A DNA stretch of 32,000 nucleotides, taken from contig CAYRPF010000022.1 in assembly GCA_964426185.1 (NCBI GenBank), forward strand, positions 1 through 32,000, given 5' to 3'. Each line of letters begins with the position of its first letter. Within the stretch, counting starts at the first letter, position 1. This DNA is from an uncultured archaeon. GTDB lineage: Archaea > Asgardarchaeota > Lokiarchaeia > Sigyniarchaeales > Promethearchaeaceae. The position numbers were made by a program, and so were the translations under genes. Positions 27,131 to 32,000 of the stretch are shown here, one piece after another. The notes beneath the pieces were generated by a model. That model saw only the letters and a list, made by a program, of their open reading frames with translations. It was not told the DNA's origin and did not search any database.

Positions 27131-28666
27131 ATGACCTCAGACACTAAAAAATCGCAGAAAAAGAAAAAAAACACCCCCCAGTCGACTAAAACGGCTCTCA
27201 ATAAAGGGCTTCCTCCATTTGAGAACTTTAGCGAATGGTTTAACCAGGTAATTTTTGATGCTGAAATTATTGACTACCGATATAATTTGAAAGGCTGTGG
27301 CGTTTGGTTACCTTATGGGTTCAAAGTGCGGCAAAATTCATTTCAAATTATTCGAGATTTACTAGATAACACTCCCATTCCTCATGATGAGATGTTATTC
27401 CCCTTATTGATTCCCGAGCCACAATTTATGAAAGAAGCAGAAACAGTAAAAGGTTTTGAAGAGGAAGTATATTGGGTAAAGGATGGGGGTACAAAACCCT
27501 TAGATATTAAACTAGCGCTCCGTCCTACTTCAGAAACAGTTATGTATCCGATGGCGGAACTTTGGATTCGTTCCCACCAAGATTTACCCTTAAAGACCTA
27601 TCAAATCGTGAATACATTTCGTTATGAAGGTAAAAACACGCGCCCCTTGATCCGGGTTCGTGAAATTACTACCTTTAAGGAAGCTCATACTTATCACGCT
27701 ACTGCGGAAGATTGTGAAGAACAAATTCGAGAAGCGATTCAATGCTATCGCTCATTTTTCGATGCAATGGGGGTTCCGTATGTAATTTCCCAACGTCCCA
27801 AGTGGGACACCTTCCCGGGAGCGAAGTACACCATAGCATTTGACTGTGTGTTCCCTATTACTCATAAAGCCCTCCAAATTGGAACCGTTCATAATTTGGG
27901 ACAAACTTTTGCTAAAACTTTTAATATTACATTTGAGAATCCTGAAGGAAAGCAAGAATACGTGCATCAAACTTGCTATGGAATAAGTGAACGTGCTATT
28001 GCTGCTTTGATTGCATCACATGGTGATGATAACGGTTTGAAACTTCCTCCTCGAGTGGTTCCTATCGAAATAGTAATTGTTCCAATTCTATTTAAAAATA
28101 AAGAAGCACCAGTTTTGGAAGCAGCCAGTCAAACCTTTACTACCTTGAAAGAGGAAGGTTTTAAGGTGAAATTTGATAAACGGGAAATGAGTCCTGGACG
28201 AAAATTTTATCACTGGGAATTACGCGGCGTTCCAATTCGAATAGAGATAGGCCCCAGAGATGTTCAGAAGGGGAATGTTTGCTTAGTGCGCCGTGATACC
28301 AAGGAAAAGATATTTATCCCACAAACAGAAGTCACCAGTGAAATTCGTAAACTTTTAGAGCAGATTCAAAGTGATCTATGGGAAGCAGCTAAAGCCCGGC
28401 ATATTAAATGGAACTTACGAACATCGAATCTGGAAGAAGCATTAGATTTTATCGAGTCTGGAAAAGGATTAGCAGAAATTCCATTTTGCGGCAAGGAATC
28501 ATGTGCTGCTGCAATTGAGCAACGGTTAGAAGGATTAAAATTCTTAGGTATTCCAGAAGAGTATATTCCAGCTTTAAATGATAAATCCGCTGAAGAGAAG
28601 GATATTTATTGTGCTCATTGTCAGGAAAAAGTTTCTCAATATTGGCGGATTGGTCGATCATATTAA
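27131..28666 (+). CDS. proS: Proline--tRNA ligase, archaeal/eukaryotic type
   Basis: [64 protein letters not shown], a C-terminal Zn domain and terminal Y. Confidence 0.98.
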   Translation: MTSDTKKSQKKKKNTPQSTKTALNKGLPPFENFSEWFNQVIFDAEIIDYRYNLKGCGVWLPYGFKVRQNSFQIIRDLLDNTPIPHDEMLFPLLIPEPQFMKEAETVKGFEEEVYWVKDGGTKPLDIKLALRPTSETVMYPMAELWIRSHQDLPLKTYQIVNTFRYEGKNTRPLIRVREITTFKEAHTYHATAEDCEEQIREAIQCYRSFFDAMGVPYVISQRPKWDTFPGAKYTIAFDCVFPITHKALQIGTVHNLGQTFAKTFNITFENPEGKQEYVHQTCYGISERAIAALIASHGDDNGLKLPPRVVPIEIVIVPILFKNKEAPVLEAASQTFTTLKEEGFKVKFDKREMSPGRKFYHWELRGVPIRIEIGPRDVQKGNVCLVRRDTKEKIFIPQTEVTSEIRKLLEQIQSDLWEAAKARHIKWNLRTSNLEEALDFIESGKGLAEIPFCGKESCAAAIEQRLEGLKFLGIPEEYIPALNDKSAEEKDIYCAHCQEKVSQYWRIGRSY

Positions 28667-28798
28667 TAATATCATATTAATAACAATTCTTCTGTCCTTT
28701 TTTCCAGTTTATCTATAAATGCTAAATTCTCCTTTATGAGTTAAATAGGAGAAGAAAGCAGTTAAATAGTGTGAAAAAGATAGGATCTAGTGCTAAAA

Positions 28799-30013
28799 AT
28801 GAAGTTCACTACTATTTTATATCGCCTGCGTCATATTGTTTTTCGTGGGGCAATTAAAATTATTAAATTCCCTAACCCGGAATTAATCCAAGGCGAAAAT
28901 GCAATAAAGCAATTAGCTGAACGAATTAAATCCGATGGGTTATCCAAGGTTTTAATCGTCACCGATGCAAATTTACACAAAATTGGTTTGCTGGATTCCC
29001 TTAAAGAAGCGTTAAAAGCTGAATCAATAGATTTTGCGGTGTATGATGATGTCCAGCCGAATCCTACTATTGAAAACATCGAAAACGCTTGTCATGCATA
29101 TTTGAGTGAAAATTGTGATGGATTCATCGCATTCGGCGGTGGTTCCCCTATGGACTGTGCTAAAGTTGCAGCATGTCGCGTGGTAAAACCGAAAAAACCA
29201 GTTGTTAAAATGAAAGGGCAATTTACAATTTTGAAAAAACTCCCTCCATTTTATGCAGTTCCGACTACTGCTGGAACTGGTTCAGAAACTACGGCTGCCG
29301 CAGTAGTAACAAATCCTGAAACACATGAGAAATTTGTAATTGTAGATTTGAATATCATACCCCATGTTGCAGTTTTAGATCCTCATTTAATGGTTGGTCT
29401 ACCGCCATTTATTACCGCTACAACCGGTATGGATGCTTTAACTCACGCGGTTGAGGCAGTCATTGGGTGGCATGGAACGAAGTTTATCTGGGGTTATTCT
29501 GAGAAAGCCACCAAACTGATCTTTGAGAATCTTGAAAAAGTGTATCAAAATGGATCTGACCTTGAAGCTCGAACAAACATGTCTTTAGCTGCTTTTTACG
29601 CAGGTATGGCATTTACTCGAGCATCTGTAGGTTATGTTCATGCAATTGCACATAATCTTGGGGGACTTTATGGAGTTGCCCATGGGTTAGCCAATGCTGT
29701 AGTTTTACCTTATATGCTAGAAGCATTTGGATCAAAAATTCACAAAAAATTGGCTCGTTTGGCCTTAGCTGGTGGTTTAATTTCAGCTTATTCTAATCCA
29801 AAGGATGATGCTGAGATTTTCATTCAAAAGGTTAAAGATATGAATAAAAATATGGGAATTCCTACATACATTAAAGAATTAAAGGAAGAAGATATTCCCT
29901 TATTGGCAAAACGCGCTGCAAGTGAAGGCAATTCTGCGTATCCCGTTCCAAAGATATTCTATCCTGAGGATTTTAAAAAAATATTACATAAATTACTACC
30001 TTCTAATGAGTGA
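28799..30013 (+). CDS. Iron-containing alcohol dehydrogenase
   Basis: GGGSPMD, PTTAGTGSE, GMDALTHAVE and HAIAHNLGG..HGLANA. Start ATG 28799 or GTG 28790. Confidence 0.95.
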   Translation: MKFTTILYRLRHIVFRGAIKIIKFPNPELIQGENAIKQLAERIKSDGLSKVLIVTDANLHKIGLLDSLKEALKAESIDFAVYDDVQPNPTIENIENACHAYLSENCDGFIAFGGGSPMDCAKVAACRVVKPKKPVVKMKGQFTILKKLPPFYAVPTTAGTGSETTAAAVVTNPETHEKFVIVDLNIIPHVAVLDPHLMVGLPPFITATTGMDALTHAVEAVIGWHGTKFIWGYSEKATKLIFENLEKVYQNGSDLEARTNMSLAAFYAGMAFTRASVGYVHAIAHNLGGLYGVAHGLANAVVLPYMLEAFGSKIHKKLARLALAGGLISAYSNPKDDAEIFIQKVKDMNKNMGIPTYIKELKEEDIPLLAKRAASEGNSAYPVPKIFYPEDFKKILHKLLPSNE

Positions 30014-30073
30014 AGCTAGAAATTTTATCAAAACCGAATTTTTTATTAATTTTTAATTCTATTTTTATCCAAT

Positions 30074-31183
30074 ATGATGAAAGCTGATAATACCCGATAT
30101 CGAATAGATCAAATCCATGCTAAAAGTCTTGAAGGTAATTCAATCGGGGATTCTACAGGAAAATACGCTTCAATCTATTTACCACCTGGTTATTTTTCTC
30201 CAGAAAATGTTCAACTCAGATTTCCGGTAATTTATCTATTGCACGGTTATTCCGGGGATATAGATGATTTACTAATTATTTCTAAGAACGATATCCCCAA
30301 ACATTATTCCCTACTATATAGGCTACTTTTAAGGCGATTCTTTGCCAATTTTCCCACATTTGAAGTTTTGGATGATTTAATTGTCACTGGAACACTCAAA
30401 CCGTTTATTTTAGTTCAACCAGATGGTTCTTTATCGCTTGAAAATATCTACTGTGAAAAAGGTTTCAATGGCAAAATCAAAAAGAAAGGATCGTTATATC
30501 TCAATTCACCTTATACCGGTCGATATATGGATTATATCTTTGATGATGTTATCGAATATGTAGATTCATATTACAGAACTATCCCTGAAAAAAGCAATCG
30601 GGCATTGGTGGGCGCTTCAATGGGAGGTTTCGGTGCTTTATTAGGTGGGATTTTCAAAAGCCATCTTTTCGGTTCTATTGCTGCTTTAAGTCCCAGTATT
30701 TCTTGGTTAGACTTAGTGAACAGAGAAGAAATCGTTCCTTTTTACCGATTAATCTATGGAAAGCGAAAAGCAACGAAAATCGGCCGAAGGGACCTTAATG
30801 ATATATTACATACAGCTAATTTGGTTTTTTCAAAAGAAAATCCTCTAATTCCTTCGATAAAGCGTGATAAGAACGGGAATTTCAAGATGTTGAATAAAAA
30901 GGTCAAATCTAAATGGAAAGAATTCGATTTGAAATTCATGGTTGAAAGAAATCTCAATGTCTTTGATGGTTGTAATTTGCTGATAACTTGCGAAGAAACA
31001 GATGAATATGGATTTAAGGATCAAATCGAACAATTTTTACACACACTAAAATCTCAAGGTATATCAGTTACAGTAGATATCTTCCAAGATAGATTTGCCA
31101 GCCGAGTTTCACCCCATATGATTGGAATTGTAAAAAAAATTCTTCCCGCTTTCGAATTCTGTGCGAAAAACTTCTCCTACTAG
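30074..31183 (+). CDS. Esterase (alpha/beta hydrolase, Fes/XynY-like esterase family)
   Basis: IYLPPGY, PVIYLLHG, GASMGGFGA nucleophile elbow, DEYG and a C-terminal His. Confidence 0.88.
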   Translation: MMKADNTRYRIDQIHAKSLEGNSIGDSTGKYASIYLPPGYFSPENVQLRFPVIYLLHGYSGDIDDLLIISKNDIPKHYSLLYRLLLRRFFANFPTFEVLDDLIVTGTLKPFILVQPDGSLSLENIYCEKGFNGKIKKKGSLYLNSPYTGRYMDYIFDDVIEYVDSYYRTIPEKSNRALVGASMGGFGALLGGIFKSHLFGSIAALSPSISWLDLVNREEIVPFYRLIYGKRKATKIGRRDLNDILHTANLVFSKENPLIPSIKRDKNGNFKMLNKKVKSKWKEFDLKFMVERNLNVFDGCNLLITCEETDEYGFKDQIEQFLHTLKSQGISVTVDIFQDRFASRVSPHMIGIVKKILPAFEFCAKNFSY

Positions 31184-31262
31184 TGGGGTATTTTCATCTT
31201 TTGTTTACTCTGCCTCACAGAGAATATTGGCCATTTAAAAAGTCAAAAAATAAATGTTTCTT

Positions 31263-32000
31263 ATGAAATATAGAAATTCCCGCTTTACACAACAGATCCT
31301 TGCATTAGGATTTTTAACACTTTTTTTCATGGGATTAGTGTTTAACGATGGAACTATAACAAGTTCTGAAAAATTAACACCGAAAGAAAGTACCCCTTTA
31401 TCTCTTGAGAGAAGCCAGATACAAGCACAAATTATTTTTAATGAAACCCAGTTGGCAGATTTTGCAAGCAGCGGAGATGGTAAATCTTGGGAAACTGCGT
31501 ATATTATAGAAAATTTAGAAATTGAACAAAATATCACTGATTATGGAATATTTATGGCTAATATTTCTCAATATGTCATATTTCGCAATATTTACTTCCA
31601 CAATCATTATCCTGGAGATGATTCTTCTTCATTATTGCTCGAAAACGTAGAACATTTGCGAATTGAAAACTGTATTTTTCGTTCTTATACGATGAAAATA
31701 TCATGGGGGATTAAAATTGAATCATGCAACTCGATTAACCTTCAAGAAGTAAATATATATGACTATTTCTACGGTGTCTCCTTGAATAATAGCTTTAATT
31801 TTCTCATTAATGGGTCCTATTTATCCAATCAAATATACTCTCAACTTTCCTTTAAAAATAGTCAAAATATATCAATTTTAAATAACCGAATGTCTTATCG
31901 AAATGAATTTGAAGATCATGGAGATAATCTTGCAATCAGTTCATGGAACATTTCGGATTGTGAGATCATGGGTAATACTATTGAATTGAAAAACCAAGAT
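31263..32000 (+). CDS. Secreted/surface right-handed beta-helix (NosD/pectin-lyase-like) protein, 5' part; runs off the window
   Basis: Frame is open from ATG 31254/31263 to the window end. N-terminal signal/TM (ILALGFLTLFFMGLVF), GDGKSWETAYIIENLEI, repeated GI/GV-x-x-x-S/N-x-N-x-x-I-x-x-N coils and several N-x-S/T sequons. Confidence 0.8.
   Translation, partial: MKYRNSRFTQQILALGFLTLFFMGLVFNDGTITSSEKLTPKESTPLSLERSQIQAQIIFNETQLADFASSGDGKSWETAYIIENLEIEQNITDYGIFMANISQYVIFRNIYFHNHYPGDDSSSLLLENVEHLRIENCIFRSYTMKISWGIKIESCNSINLQEVNIYDYFYGVSLNNSFNFLINGSYLSNQIYSQLSFKNSQNISILNNRMSYRNEFEDHGDNLAISSWNISDCEIMGNTIELKNQD

Noticed and set aside
362-31537. Short shadow ORFs in the track (e.g. 362-547, 7795-8052, 19572-19862, 22896-23102, 28831-29079, 31235-31537)
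   Set aside because: They lie antisense to, or out of frame within, well-supported genes and have no recognisable motifs.

Overview
Low-GC archaeal chromosomal window, very probably an Asgard archaeon of the Lokiarchaeia/Promethearchaeum group. The evidence is a group II chaperonin, archaeal-type ProRS, a Nop2-Nip7 pair, tRNA-Gln with an A1:U72 pair, an ESCRT-III-like gene, a 7TM-longin fusion and a GxG-x4-YIIEN beta-helix protein. Most genes are housekeeping or peptide-fermentation genes: tryptophanase, tungsten AOR with MoaD, Fe-ADH, ROK kinase, purE, proS and the thermosome. There is one single-chain Type IIG/ISP-like R-M gene. No CRISPR array or transposase was seen. Main points: (1) At ~5920-7430 two syntenic copies of alkD-HD-ESCRT-III sit in tandem. 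They differ heavily at synonymous sites and have been reciprocally trimmed by deletions, which looks like the scar of DNA acquired from a related lineage. (2) A stand-alone Vps2/24/46-like ESCRT-III paralogue lies outside any ESCRT operon, and the scar shows its N-terminal helix was under strong purifying selection. (3) Nip7 carries a long Ser/Arg-rich N-terminal tail with 3x26-aa repeats. (4) There is a 7TM-longin fusion. (5) The MoaD/SAMP protein ends in GG-S. (6) A 47-aa tail-anchored membrane protein was missed by the ORF track. (7) Two mutually exclusive hairpins lie in the thermosome leader. All family calls come from recognising motifs by eye; no database search was run.
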